A DNA stretch of 64,000 nt from Nitrospirota bacterium (GCA_049325335.1 JBMOMC010000007.1:160001-224000); one strand, 5' to 3'; counted from the first letter of the stretch, positions 40,501 to 55,500 are shown. Numbers and translations: made by a program. Notes: generated by a model from the sequence alone, not told the origin.

Positions 40501-43500
40501 GTCCAGCGGCGCGGCAAACGCCTGGAAGGACGGTGCGCTTTCGCTCAACGACGTGTTGACCGCGGTGAGGACGTAATAGACGGTCACGCCGTTGGCCAAT
40601 CCCAAGTCGGTGTACGTGGTCCCGGTGATCAGGCCAGCATTGACCACGGTGGAATACGGTCCGCCGCTGGTGGCACCGCGATACAGGTTATACCCGGACA
40701 GGTTCGGTTCGGTATTGGCGGTCCAGTTCAGCACCACGGCCCCGCCGTTATCCGCCGGGACGTCCGCGGCGGTCAGCCCGACCGGGCGCGACGGGGCGCC
40801 GATGTCGTTGACCGGACTCGCCGAGGCCTCATCGGAATCCGCGCTCTGGTTGACGCCGTCCAGCGCCCGGACCCGGTAGTAGTACGTGGTCCCGTTGTTA
40901 AGCCCGGTGTCGGTGAAGGTCGTGACGGCCACCGCCGGGGTCAACGCATTGTACGGTCCACCCGCTGCGGTGCCGCGCCACACTTGGTACCCGACCACGT
41001 CGGTGGATGTGGACGGCGACCACGACAACTCGATGGCCCCGCCCGCATCAGCCGGTCGATCCGCCGCAGTCAACCCGGTGGGCGCCAACGGCGCCAGGTT
41101 ATCGAGCGGGATCGCCGAGGTTTCGCTCGATGCCGCGCCTTCGTTCGTCGCGGTATCCACCGCGCGCAACACGTAGTAGTACCGGGTGCCGTTGGACAAC
41201 CCGGCGGTATCCACGGTTGACGTCCCGGTCAACAAGGCCCCGTTGAGTCGGACGTAGGGCCCGCCCGCGATCGTGCCCCGATACAGGTTGTACCCGGCCA
41301 GATCCGGTTCGGTGTTGGCCGTCCACGTGATGTTGATCGCGCCGCCCTCGTCGCTCGGCCGGTCGCTCGCCGTCACGTTGATCGGCGCCACCGGGAACCC
41401 GTCGTCCACCGGCGCCGCGGACACCACCGCGGAATTAGCGCTTTGATTGGCCGAGGTGTCCACCGCGCGCACCACGTAGAAATACGTGGTGCCGTTGGTC
41501 AATCCCGTGTCGGTGTACGTGGTCCCCACGATCACGGCGCCGTTGACCTGGGTGAAGGGGCCTCCGGCGGCCGGCCCGCGAAGGACGTGATACCCGGCCA
41601 AATCGGACTCCCCATTGGCCGCCCAGGCGATCACCAACGCCCCGCCTTGATCCGCCGGCCGATCCACGACCGACACCCCGGTCGGCGCTGACGGCCCCAC
41701 GTTATCCAGCGGAATCCCGGACGATTGGTTGGAGTTCGCGCTCTGGTTCGCGCTGTCCAATGCGCGGACCACGTAAAAATACGTCAGCCCGTTGGTGAGT
41801 CCGCCATCGGTGTACGACGTCACGGTCAGCGCCGACGTGGTCACCTGGGTGTACGGCCCTCCGCTGGTCGTGCTGCGGTACACATGGTACCCGGTCACGT
41901 CCGTGGAGGCCGACGCCACCCACGCCAGATCAAGCGACCCGCCCTGATCCGCCGGATGGTCGGTGACCACCAGGCCGGTCGGCGCGATCGGCGCGATATT
42001 GTCGAGCGGCGTTGCCGAGACTTCGAGGGAGTCCGCGCTTTCGTTCCCGCTCGTATCCACGGACCGCACCACGTAGAACACCGCCACGTTGTTCACCAAC
42101 CCCGTGTCAGTGAACGTGGTCCCGGTCAACAACGTGGGGGTGAGCAGGGCGAACGCGCCGCTGCTCGATGGGGCGCGATACACGCGGTACCCGGCAAGAT
42201 CCGGCTCGTTGTTCGCCGACCAGGCGACGATGATCGCGCCGCCCTGATCCGCCGGGCGATCCACCGCGGACACGCCCGTTGGCGCCGCGGGCGGAATCCG
42301 ATCGACCGGGGTCACGGACGCGGTGTTGGACGCCGGGCTTTCATTCGTGCCGTCCAACGCGCGAACTTGGTAGTAGTACAGAGTGCCGTTGGTCAGCCCG
42401 GTGTCCGTATACGTGGTGGCGGTCACCGCGGAACCGGTGACCTGTGTGTACGGGCCTGCGGATGCGAGCGCGCGGTACACGTTGTATCCGATCACATCCG
42501 GCTCCACGTTCGCGTTCCACGTCAATACCGCGGTGCCTCCGGCCAGCTCCGGCCCTGGCACGGCCAGCAACCCGGTGGGCGCGGCCGGCGCCAGATTGTC
42601 CACCGGGGTGGCGGTGGCAGACGCGGAGGCCGGTCCCTCCTGGTTGGATTGGTCAACCGCGCGGATCACGTATTCGTACGCCACGCCGTTGGTCAACCTG
42701 GTGTCGGTGTACGTCGTGGTGACGACGTATGCTGCGGTCACTCGCACGTACGGCGCGAGCGTGCTCGTGCGGCGGTACACGTGGTACCCGGCCAGATCCA
42801 CCTCGGTATTCGCGTTCCACGCCAGATCAATTGCCCCGCCTTGGTCCGCGGGGTGGTCTGCGGCGATTAAGCCGGTGGGCGCAGCCGGCGGGACATCCAG
42901 CACGATGATGCGGAACGTCTCGTTCGCAGTCAGAGTCGGGGTCCCGTTGTCGGTCGCAATCACCGTGACGCCCGCATACACACCGGCCGTCCCGTAGCCC
43001 GGCGCGAGCGTCAACGTCGCAGTGCCGTTGCCGGTCGGCGTCAATACGGCAAACGCCGGCAACCCCGTGGCGGATAAGGTCACGGTGTTGCCGTCCGGAT
43101 CGCTTGCCGTGAGCGGTACCCCATTGGTCGCGCCCTCGTTGACGGTCAGATCGCCGATGGGCGTCAACACCGGCGGCCGGTTCACATCGTTGACCGTAAT
43201 TGTGATGGTCTGGCTCGCGGACAGGATCGGGTTCCCATTGTCCTGGACCGTGATCACCACGCTGGGATAGGTCCCCGCGTGGGTGTAGTTCGGCGCCAGG
43301 TGCAGGAGCCCGGTGCCGTTGCCCGTGGGCAAGAGGCTCGCGAACGCCGGCAAATTGGTCGCGGACACGGTCAACGCGTCACCGTCGGGATCACCGGCCG
43401 TGATCGGAATATCCACGATCGTTCCCTCGTCGAGCACGGGGTTCGCGATCGGCGACAACACCGGAACGCGGTTCACGTTCGTCACGGTGACGCTGAACAC

Positions 43501-46500
43501 CTCGCTGTCGAACGCGGGCGACGATTCGGAGTCGCTCACCGAGACCGTCACGCCAGGATACACGCCCGAATCCGCGTAACCCGGCGCCAGGCGCAGCAAC
43601 GCGGTGCCGTTGCCGTTATCGGTAAACGTCGCGAACGCCGGGAGGTTCAAGACCGCGAATACGAGCGGGCCCCCGTCCGCGTCCGTGGCCGTGATCACTA
43701 CGTCCGTGGTCGTCCCCTCGTTGACGATTTGGTCGCCGATCGGGTTCAAGACCGGCGGCCGGTTCACGTTGAGGATGCGAATCGTGAACGTCTCGCTGTC
43801 CGTAAGCGGAGGCAGGCCGTTGTCGGAGGCGGTCACGGTCACGGTGTACAACCCGGCGTCGGCAAATCCGGGCGTCAGCGTCAGGGTCGCGGTCCCGTTT
43901 CCATTGTCCACGAACGACGCGAAGGTCAGCGGCGGAGACATACTGAACGCGATGGGGTCGTTGTTCGGGTCACACGCCGTGATCGTCACCGCCGAACTGT
44001 TACCCTCGTTGACGGTCAGGTCGCCGATCACGGTCAACACCGGCGGCAGTTGGCGGAACGGGCCGTAGACCGCGTACGTCTGCCCCGCGTCCACCCGTCC
44101 GCTTGGGTCCGCCCCGTTCGCGCCGATGAGAATGTCGCTGCCGCTGTCGCAGGCGCGGCCTTTGATGCTCGACCCGCTGGACACCGAGTATCCCGTGGCG
44201 TCCCCGGGCAGAACGCCGTTCATGGTCACGTCGGCTTCGGTCCCCAATTCGACCACGGACGGCAACGGGTTGCGACCGAACACGGCGTAGGCCTGTCCCG
44301 CGTTGGTCCGGGCCGCGGGATCACCCAGCAGGGCCCCGATCACGATGTCATCGATCCCGTCCCCGTCCACGTCGCCTGCGGTATCGAGCGCGTTGGCCTT
44401 GGCCAATTGATCGCCGGGCACGATGCCGTTGATGACCATGTCCGCGGCGCTCGACGCCAAGTCGATGACGCAGGGCGTGGTCTGGCACGCGGTGTACGAG
44501 CCGTTTCCCGTGAACACGTACACCCGTCCCGCGTTCGTACGCCCCGACGGGTCGGCCTGCTGCGCGCCGATCGCCACGTCCGCCAAACCATCGCCGTCCA
44601 CGTCGCCGGAGACCGCCACCGACGAGCCGAACTGATCGCCCGCGGTCGCGCCGTAAATCTTGATGTCGGCCGAGGTCTGAAGGTCGATCACCACCGGAAG
44701 CGTCGGGCGCCCCAAAATCACGAAGGTGGCGCCGGCCGCGGCGCGCGAAAGCGGCGAGAACCCGGACGAGCCGATCACGATGTCGGAGAAATTGTCGCCG
44801 TTGATGTCTCCGCCCGCGGCGATCCGGCCCGCGCCGGGCGCGGCCTGATCGAACTGCGCGTTGCGATACCCGATGATGGTCACGTCCGCGGCCGTCGAAA
44901 GATCGAGCGCGCAGGGGGTGGTGCGGCACGACGCCCACGCGGCGCGACCGAACACCACGTACACGGCGCCGTTGCCCCCGTTGGCCTTGGGCGCGCCGAT
45001 CACCAGGTCATTGATCCCATCGCCGTTGAGGTCGCCCTCCGTGGACACGTACGACCCTGCTTCCCCGCCCAACGACGGCCCGCCGATGATCAGGTCCGCA
45101 TCGTCCGCGGTGACCGGAGACGGATACGACGAGCGGCTGAAGAAGACATACACCCGTCCCTCGTTGCCCGTGTTGGTGGGCGGCGGGTACACGCGGTCCG
45201 CCTGACGCGCGCCGATCACGAGATCCGCGACGCCGTCGCCGTCGAGGTCGCCAGCGTTCGCCGTCGCCGTGCCCAACCGGTCACCGGGGTTCGATCCGGT
45301 AATCACCACATCGGCGGCGGTGGGCTCAAAAATGCTGGGTAAGGTCGAGGACCCGAACACCACCCGGACTTCGCCGCGCGGACAGTCGGTTGCCGTGCCG
45401 AACTCCGCGGGGCACGGGACCGGAGTGCCCGCGTTCTCCGCGCCGATGGCCACGTCTCCGATCGTGTCCGCGTTGATGTCCCCGTCGCTCGCCACCGCGA
45501 ACCCGCTCTGATCCCCGTTGAGCACGCCGTTGAACGTCACATCGGCGTCGCTCCCGAGTTCGATCGTCATGCGGTTGAACGGCACGGCGATGGGGGTGCC
45601 GGTGTCCGCGTTGGCGCCGGGCGTGGTCAGATCGTTCCAGTTCCCGATGGCGTCGCGCGAGTACACCGCGTAGTAGTACGTACCCGCCCGCAGCCCGCCG
45701 TCCGAAAACGCCGCGTTCCGACCGGGCACCGCGGCCGGGTTGTCGTACACCGTGACCCCGTCGAGGTGCGAGGTCGGATACGACCCGCTCCGGCGCTTCA
45801 CGACCACTTGCGTGAGATCGAGATCCGCCGGGTGGGTCCACGTGAGCGTCACGCGCGCAGGCTCGCCGTCGGACGCCACGAAGTTGGTCACCTGCGCCGG
45901 CGGTGTGATATCGGGCAACGGGACCCCCGAAACCGGCGGGGCTGATTGCGCGCTTTCATTATCGCTCGTATCAACCGCGGTGATCCGATAGTAGTACGTC
46001 GCGTTGACGGTCAGGCCTGTGTCGGTGTAGGTCAGGGCCGCCACCGGTGTGGTCGTAACTCGAGTGTACGGTCCCGCGGAGGCCAGCGCGCGGTACACGT
46101 GGTAGCCCGCGATGTCCGGCTCCGGATTCTCCGCCCACGCCAAATCCAGCGCGGTGCCCGCATCATAGGGGTGGTCGGTGACGATTAACCCCGTGGGCGC
46201 GGCGGGCGGCACGTTGTCCAGCGGCGTGCCCGATGTCTCAGTCGACGGTGCGCTTTCGTTCCCGGACTGGTCGAGCGCGCGCACCACGTAGTAGTACGTG
46301 ACGCCTCGGGTCAGGCCGGTGTCGGTGTATGACGTGGTGCCCGCCGGGATCAATGGGCCGTTGACCCGCGTGAACGGCCCGCCGCTGGCTCCGCTGCGAT
46401 ACACCGCGTAACCCGCGAGGTCCGACTCGGTATTGGCGGTCCACGAGACGATCAACGCGTCGCCCTGGTCCGCGGGACGATCCGTCACCGTGACCCCGAC

Positions 46501-49500
46501 CGGCGCGGACGGCGGCAGGTTGTCGATCGGCACAGCCTGGGTTTGATTCGAATTAGCGCTTTCGCTCGCCCCGTCGAACGCCCGGACCACGTAGTAGTAC
46601 GTCGTCCCGTTGGTCAACCCGAAGTCGGTGTACCCCGTGGTGGTGTTGTTGAGCAGTACCGCAATGAGGGCATAGGGACCTCCGGAGGACGTTGACCGAT
46701 ACACGTGTTGCTCAATGGTGTCCCCCGACACCGACGGTGTCCACGTCAGCACCAACACCCCGCCCTGATCGCCCGGTTGGTCCGCCGCCAGCGCGTTCGT
46801 GGGCGCAGCGGGCGGCGTGTTGTCCAAGGGGATCCCTGACGCTTCGAGCGACGGCGCGCTGAGGTTCCCGTACACGTCCATCGCGCGCACCACGTAGTAA
46901 TACCGCACGTTGACGGTCAGCGGGCTGTCGGTGTACCTCGACACCGTCAACAACCCGGCCGTGTTGAGCAACGTGTATGGACCGCCGCTCGCGCTCGCGC
47001 GGTACACGTTGTACCCAGCGAGATCGGGTTCGGGGTTGTTGGTCCAATCCAGGTCAAGGGCCGTGCCCTGGTCGGACGGGTGGTCGGTGACCGCCAACCC
47101 GATCGGAGCCGCAGGCGCAAGATTGTCGATGGGCGCAAGGGTCACTTGGCCGGACGCGGGGCTTTCGTTGCCGTGGATGTCGATCGCGCGCAGCACATAG
47201 AAGTACGACACGCCTGGAGACAGTCCGGTGTCGGTATACGTGGTGGCCGTCAACGGGTTGGTTGTGACGCGGGTATACGGTCCACCCGACACGGTGGCGC
47301 GGTACACATGGTACCCGGCCAGGTCCGATTCGGTATTGGCCGACCACGAGAGGATCAGTCCATCGCCCTGGTCCACGGGTCGGTCGGCGATGATTACTCC
47401 AGTAGGTGGGGCGGGCGCCAGATTATCCAACGCCATGGCCACGGCTTGATTCGAATTGCCGCTCACATTGTTGCGCGTGTCTACGGCGCGGACCACGTAG
47501 AAATGCGTGGTCCCGGTTGCAGCGGTCGAGTCGGTGTATGCGGCGGAGGTGATGGCCGTCGGCGTAATCTGGGTGTACGGCCCGCCGCTGGTGGTTGCCC
47601 GGTACACGTAGTACCCCGCAAGGTCCGGCTCCGTATTCGCGGCCCACGTCAAGTCGATGGCGCCGCCCTGATCCGCCGGGTGGTCAACCGCGGTGAGGTT
47701 GGTCGGCGCATCCGGCGCCAAATTGTCAAGCGGCGTGCCTGCGGCCTGATTGGAGTTGACGCTTTCATTCGCGCTGTCCCATGCGCGCACCACGTAGTAG
47801 TACGCGGTTCCGGGGATCAGGCCGTTGTCGGTGTAGGCCGCTTGGGGATTCCCAGTTAGCGTCGCCACCACCACGTAGGGTCCTCCCGCAGCCGTACCGC
47901 GATAGATGCGTTGTTGCGTCACGTCCGACGAGGTGGACGGAGTCCACGAGAGGTCCAGCGCAGTGCCTTGATCATTCGGGTGATCCACCGCCGCCAGTGC
48001 CGTGGGCGCAACCGGCGCCAGATTATCGAGCGGGACGGCCGTCGCTTGATTCGAGTTGACGGACTCCTGCGCGCCGTCGAACGCACGGACCATGTAGAAG
48101 TATGGCGTTCCCGTGGTCAGACCGGAATCCGTGTGGGTTGTCGCTGCGGCGCCCAGCGTGGCCACAACCGTGTACGGCCCGCCCGACACCGTGGAACGAT
48201 ACACGCGCTGTTGCGTCACGTCCGGTGATTGCGACACGGTCCAGGACAGGTCAATCGCATCGCCTTGGTCTGCCGGGTGATCCATGGCCACCAGCCCGAC
48301 CGGTGCCACGGGCGCCACGTTGTCGAGCGGCACGGCGCTCGCTTGGTTGGACCGTAGGCTCTCGTTCCCGGACACGTCCTGCGCGGTCAAGACGTAGTAA
48401 TACGTGGTGCCGTTGGTCAGGCCGCTGTCGCGGTACGTGGTGCCCGTGATCAAGGCCACGTTCACCCGTGTGTAGGGCCCGCCGTTGACAGTTGACCGGT
48501 AGAGAATGTACCCGGCTACATCGGCTTCGCCGTTCACGTTCCACGACAGATCCAACGACCCGCCTTGGTCGGACGGGGTATCAACCGCGGTCAGGCCGGT
48601 GGGCCCTAGCGGAGGCAGGTTATCGATCGGCACCGCCGACGTCTGGTTGCTGTCTGCGGACTCTTGGGTCGCGTCGAACGCCCGGATGATGTAGTAGTAC
48701 GTCACCCCGTTGGCAAGCCCAAGGTCCGTGTATGCCGTGGTCGTGTTGTCGGCGAACGTCCTGATTACGGCGTAGGGCCCGCCGGACGTGGTGGACCGGT
48801 AGATGCGCTGTTGCACCACATCGATGCTCGTGGACACGGTCCACGCCAGGTTGATGGCAAAGCCCTGATCCAACGGGCGATCAACCGCCACCACACCGGT
48901 GGGCGCGTTCGGCGGAATGTTGTCGATGGGCGTGGCGAATGTTTGGTTGCTGTTCACGCTCTCCTGGGTCCCGTCGTACGCCCGGATGATGTAGTAGTAC
49001 GTGGTGAAGTTCAGCAGCCCCGTATCGGTATATACCGTGGTGGTGTTGTTCGCGATCGTAGCGATCACGGTGTACGGGCCGCCCGAGGTCAGGCTCCGGT
49101 AGATTCGCTGCCCGACCGCGTCCGTGCTGATCGACGGCGTCCACGTCAGATCCAGCGAGAAACCCTGGTCCGCGGGGTGGTCCACGGCCAGCAGCCCAGT
49201 GGGGGCTTCAGGACCGAGGTTATCGATCGGCACCGCGCTCGTCTGCGAACTGTTGGCGCTCTCCTGGGTCGCGTCATACGCCCGGATGATGTAGTAGTAC
49301 GTGGTGAAGTTGGACAGCCCCGTGTCCGTATACGATGAGGTGGTGTTGTCAAAGAACGTCACCACCACGGTGTACGGTCCGCCGCTGGTCGTGCTCCGGT
49401 ACAACCGTTGCTGCGTCACGTCCGTGCTCACCGACGGCGTCCAGGTCAGATCCAGCGAGAAACCCTGGTCCAGCGGATGGTCCACCGCCAGCAACCCGGT

Positions 49501-52500
49501 GGGCGCGGTGGGCGGAATGTTATCGATCGGCACCGCGCTGGTCTGCGTGCTGTTGGCGCTCTCCTGGGTCGCGTCATACGCCCGGATCATGTAGTAGTAC
49601 GTGGTGAAGTTCGCCAGCCCCGTGTCCGTGTAACTCGCGGTGGTGTTATTTAAGAACGTCGCGACCACGGTGTACGGGCCGCCGCTGGTCGTGCTCCGGT
49701 ACAACCGCTGTTGCGTCACGTCCGTGCTCACCGACGGCGTCCAGGTCAGATCCAGCGAGAAACCCTGGTCCAGCGGATGGTCCACGGCCAGCAACCCGGT
49801 GGGCGCGGCCGGCGCAATGTTGTCCACCGGCACCTCGCTCGCCTCGTTGCTGTTGACGCTCTCCTGCGTGCCGTCAAACGCGCGCACGATGTAGTAGTAC
49901 CGAGTGAAGTTCAACAACCCGGTGTCGGTCAACGCGGCCGTGGTGTTATTGCCGATGGTCGCAATCACCGTATACGGCCCGCCGGTGGTCGTGCTCCGAT
50001 ACACGCGTTGTCCCACCGCGTCGATCGCGTTCGACGGGGTCCAGCTGAGATCCAGGGAAAATCCTTGGTCCGCCGGGTGGTCCACCACGACCAGGCTGGT
50101 AGGCGGATTCGGCCCCACGTTATCTAGCGGGACCGCGTTCGCCTCGTTGCTGTTGGCGCTCTCCTGGGTCGCGTCGAACGCCCGGACCATGTAGTAGTAG
50201 GTCGTACCGTTCGTCAGCCCGGTGTCCGTATAGGTCGCGGTGGTGTTGTTCGTGATGGTCGTGATCACGCTGTACGGGCCACCGCTGGTCAGGCTCCGGT
50301 AGATGCGCTGCTGGGTCACGTCGGTGCTCACCGACGGCGTCCACGCCAAATCAATGGCGAACCCTTGGTCAACCGGGTGATCGGCGGCCGTCAACGTGGT
50401 GGGCGTGGCCGGCGCGATGTTGTCGATCGGGATCGCGCTCGCCTGCGCGCTGTTGAGGCTCTCCTGAGTCGCATCGAACGCGCGGATCACGTAGTAGTAC
50501 GTGGTGAAGTTCGCCAGCCCCGTGTCCGTATACGTGCTCGTGGTGTTGTTGGCGATCGTGGTGATCACGGTATACGGCCCGCCGGTGGTCAGGCTGCGGT
50601 AGATCCGCTGCTGCGTCACATCAGTCGATATGGACGGCGTCCAGACCAGATCCAACGCAAAGCCTTGATCCGACGGATGATCGCTCACGCTGAACGCGGC
50701 GGGCGCGTTCGGCGCGATGTTGTCCATAGGCGTTGCGCTCGACTCGTTGCTGTTCGCGCTCTCCTGCGTGGCGTCATACGCCCTGATGATGTAGTAGTAC
50801 GGCGTAAAGTTCGTGAGTCCCGTATCCGTAAACGTCGTGGTTGTGTTGTTCAGGATCGTGGTGACCACGGTATACGGCCCACCAGGGGTCAGGCTCCGGT
50901 AGATGCGCTGCTGCGTGACGTCCGTCGATGCGGACACGGCCCACACCAAGTCGATGGCAAAACCCTGGTCCGCCGGACGATCGGTCGCGGTCAGCGCCGT
51001 GGGCGCGGCGGGCGCCAAGTTGTCGATCGGCGTGGCCGAGGCTTCGTTGCTGTCCGGGCTTTCCTGCGTGCCGTCATACGCACGCACCACGTAGTAGTAG
51101 GCGGTGAAATTGGCCAACCCGGTGTCGGTAAATGTTGCGGTCGTGTTGTTGGCGAACGTGGCCACCACGGTGTACGGCCCGCCCGTGGTGGTGCTCCGAT
51201 ACACGCGCTGCCCAACCGCATCGATCGACGTGGACGGCGTCCAGGCCAGATCCAGCGCGAACCCTTGGTCCGCCGGGTGATCCACCACGGTGAGTGCGGT
51301 CGGCGCCGCGGACGCAATGTTGTCGATCGGGAACGCCCCGGACTGATTGCTGTTGGCGCTCTCCTGGGTCGCGTCAAACGCCCGCACCACGTAGTAGTAC
51401 GTGGTACCGTTGGTCAACCCGGTGTCTGTGTGCGTCGTGGTGGTATTGTTGAGGAACGTGACGATGACCGTATACGGCCCGCCCGACGTGGTCGATCGGT
51501 AGATCCGCTGTTGGGTCACATCCGTGCTCGTGGATGGCGTCCACGCCAGATCCAGCGCAAATCCCTCGTCCAACGGATGGTCCACCGCAGTCAACGCGGT
51601 CGGCGCGGTCGGCGCAATATTGTCGATCGGCGTGGCCGACGCTTGCGTGCTATTGACCGACTCCTGGGTCGCGTCGTAGGCCCGGATCACGTAGTAGTAC
51701 ACCGTGAAGTTCGCCAACCCGGTATCGGTAAAGGTCGTCGTCGTGTTGTTGGCGATCGTCGCGACCACGCTGTACGGCCCGCCCGACGTGGTCGATCGGT
51801 AGATCCGCTGCTGGGTCACATCCGTGCTCGTGGACGGCGTCCACGCCAGATCCAGCGCAAAACCCTGATCCGCCGGGTGATCGACCACGGTCAGCGTCGT
51901 AGGGGCGTTGGGTGCGATGTTGTCCACCGGCGTACTGCTCGCCTCATTGCTGTCCGGGCTCAATTGGGTCCCGTCAAACGCGCGGACCACGTAGTAGTAG
52001 GCGGTGAAATTGGCCAGCCCGGCGTCGGTGTATATCGAGGTGGTATTGTTCGGAATCGTCGCGACCACGGTGTACGGGCCGCCCGTGGTCAGGCTCCGGT
52101 AGATCCGCTGCTGCACCACGTCGATCGAAACCGACGGCGTCCAGGCCAGATCCAGCGCAAAGCCCTGATCCGCCGGGTGATCGACCGCTGTCAGCCCGGT
52201 GGGAGCTGGCGACGCAATGTTGTCGATCGGTGCGGCATTGTCTTCGTTGCTGTTCGCGCTCTCCTGGGTCGCGTCGAAGGCGCGGACCACATAGTAGTAC
52301 GTGGTGTCGTTGGTGAGCCCGGTGTCCGTAAACGCCGCGGTCGTGTTGTTCAGGAACGTCGTGACCACCGTGTACGGCCCGCCCGTGGTTAACGAGCGGT
52401 ACAACCGTTGCTGCGTGACGTCCGTGCTCACCGACGGCGTCCAGGTCAGGTCGATCTCAAAACCCTGATCCGCCGGGTGGTCCACTGCATTCAGGCTGGT

Positions 52501-55500
52501 CGGCGCGGCGGGCGCGAGGTTGTCCACCGGCGTCTGGCTCGCCTCATTGCTGTTCGCGCTTTCCTGGGTGGCGTCGAACGCGCGAACCATGTAGTAGTAC
52601 GCGGTGAAGTTGGACAAGCCCGTGTCCGCGTAGGTCGCGGTCGTGTTGTTGAGAACGGTCGCGATCACCGTGTACGGCCCGCCAGCGGTCAGACTCCGGT
52701 AGATCCGCTGCTGCACCACGTCCGTTGAGACTGACGGGGTCCACGCGAGGTCAAGAGCAAATCCCTGATCCGCCGCATGATCCACGGCCGACAGCGTCGT
52801 CGGCGCCGCCGGAAGCAGATTGTCGAGCGGCGCGGCGCTCGCCTGGTTGCTGTTCGCGCTCTCCTGGGTGGCGTCGAACGCCCGGAGGATGTAGTAGTAC
52901 GTGGTGCCGTTGGCCAGCCCCGTGTCCGTGTACGTGGTCGTGGTGTTGTTCCCGATCGTGGCGATGACCGTGTACGGCCCCCCCGACGTGGTTGATCGGT
53001 AGATCCGTTGCTGCGTGACATCCGTGCTGTTCGACGGCGTCCACGCCAGATCCAGCGCAAAGCCCTGATCCGCCGGGCGGTCCACGACATTCAGCGTCGT
53101 GGGCGCGGTGGGCGCCAGGTTGTCCAGCGGCACGGCGTTCGCTTCGTTGCTGCTCGGGCTTTCCTGCGTGCCGTCGAACGCCCGGACCACGTAGTAGTAC
53201 GTCGTGAAGTTCGAGAGTCCGGTGTCGGTGTACGTACTGGTCGTGTTATTGGCAAAGGTTGCCACCACCGTGTACGGCCCACCGGAGGTCAGACTCCGAT
53301 AGATCCGCTGCCCGACCGCATCGATTGCGGTAGACGGCGTCCACGCCAGATCCAAGACAAAGCCCTGATCCGCCGGATGGTCTACCACCGTCAAGCTGGT
53401 AGGCGCTCCGGCCGGGATGTTGTCCACGGGCACGGCGTTCGCCTCGTTGCTGTTCGCACTCTCCTGGGTCGCGTCGTACGCCCGAATCACGTAGTAATAC
53501 GTCGTGCCGTTGGTCAGACCGGTATCCGTGTAGGTCGTGGTCGTGTTATTGAGGATCGTGGTGATCACCGTGTACGGCCCGCTGGTCAGACTCCGGTAGA
53601 TGCGCTGCTCGGTGACGTCGCTCGAGGCTGACACGCTCCAGAGCAGGTCGATCGCCCCCCCGTTGTCCGCCGGCCGATCGCTCGCCGCCAGCCCCGTCGG
53701 CGCCGCCGGCGCCAGGTTGTCCACCGGCGCGGCCGAGGCCTGATTGCTGTCTGGGGATTCCACACTCCCGTTGAACGCCCGCACCACGTAGTAATACGGC
53801 GTCCCGTTGGTCAGTCCGGTGTTCGTATACGCAGTCGTGGTGTTGTTGGTGAACGTGATCACCACGCTGTACGGCCCGCCAGACGTGGTGCTGCGATAGA
53901 CCCGCTGCTCAGTCACCCCCGCGGAGATCGACGGGGTCCACGCCAAGCTGATCGCGCCGCCTTGATCACCCAGCACGTCCGTCGCACTCAGCCCCGTGGG
54001 CGCCGCCGCCACGGTGTTGTCAAACGGCACGGCCGAGGCCTGGTTCGAATCCGCGGATACAAACGTGCCATCGAACGCCCGCACCACGTAGTAATACGTC
54101 GTCCCGTTGGTCAACCCGGTATCCGCGTAGGTCGTGGTTGTGTTGTTCGCAATCGTGGTGATGACGGTGTATGGTCCCCCGCTCGTGGTGCTCCGATACA
54201 CCCGCTGTTGCGTCACATCGGTAGATGCCGAGACCGTCCAGTTCAGAGTGATGGATCCTCCGGTGTCGCTCGGGGTATCCGCGGCGCTCAGCGCCGTGGG
54301 TGCAGCCGGCGCAACGTTATCGAGGGGCGCAGCAGATGACTCAAGGGAGTTCACCGACTCCTGCGTCCCGTCCCACGCCCGCAGCACGTAGTAATACGGC
54401 GTCCCGTTGGTCAGCCCGGTGTCGGTGTACGTCGTGGTCGTGTTGTTCGCGATCGTGGTGATGACGGAGTACGGCCCGCCCGCCGCCAGTGATCGATACA
54501 CCCGCTGCTCCGTGACGTCCAAGGCGGTCGAGACTGTCCACGCCAGGTTCAACGCGCCGCCGTTGTCGCTCGGCGTATCCACCGTCGTGAGGCCTGTGGG
54601 CGCTGCCGGGGGGGTATCATCCAGCGGTACGGCCGCCATCTGAGCCGACGCCGTGGACTCCACGGTCCCGTCAAACGCGCGGATCACGTAGTAATAGGTG
54701 GTGCCGTTCGTGAGCCCGGTGTCGGTGTAGGTGCTGGTCGTGTTGTTGAGAATGGTCGCGACCACGGTGTACGGCCCGCCGCTGGTGGTGCTGCGGTACA
54801 CGCGCTGTTGGGTCACATCCGGCGCCGTGGACGGTGTCCAGAGCAACGTGACCGCTCCGCCGTTGTCCCCGCCCGCGTCGCCGGCGCTCGGAGCCGTGGG
54901 TGGAGGCGGCGGGGTGTTATCGATCGGAGCTTGAGCCGCCTGATTCGAGTTCGCGGATTCGAGCGTCCCGTCGAACGCCCGCACCACGTAGTAATACGTC
55001 GTGCCGTTGGTCAGGCCCGTATCGGTGTACGTCGTGGTCGTGTTGTTCGCGATGGTGGTGATGACCGCGTACGGCCCTCCGGACACGGTCGACCGATACA
55101 CGCGCTGACTCGTCACATCGCCGGAGATCGACGGGACCCAGGACAAGGCGATGGCCCCTCCCTGGTCACCCGCCACATCGGAGGCGGTAAGGGTCGTGGG
55201 CGCGGCGGGCGCGGTGTTGTCCAACGGAGCCGCGGATGCCTGGCTCGACATCGCCGATTCCTGTGTCCCGTCGTACGCGCGGACCACGTAGTAATAGGTC
55301 GTGCCGTTCGTCAACCCTATATCGGTATACGTGGTGGTCGTGTTGTTCATGATCGTGGTGACCACCGTGTACGGCCCGCCGCTGGTCGTGCCGCGATAGA
55401 CCCGCTGCTGGGTCACGTCGGTGGAGGCCGACACGGTCCAAACCACATCGATCGCGCCGCCGTTGTCGCTCGGTGTGTCCGTCGCGGCGGCGCCCGTGGG

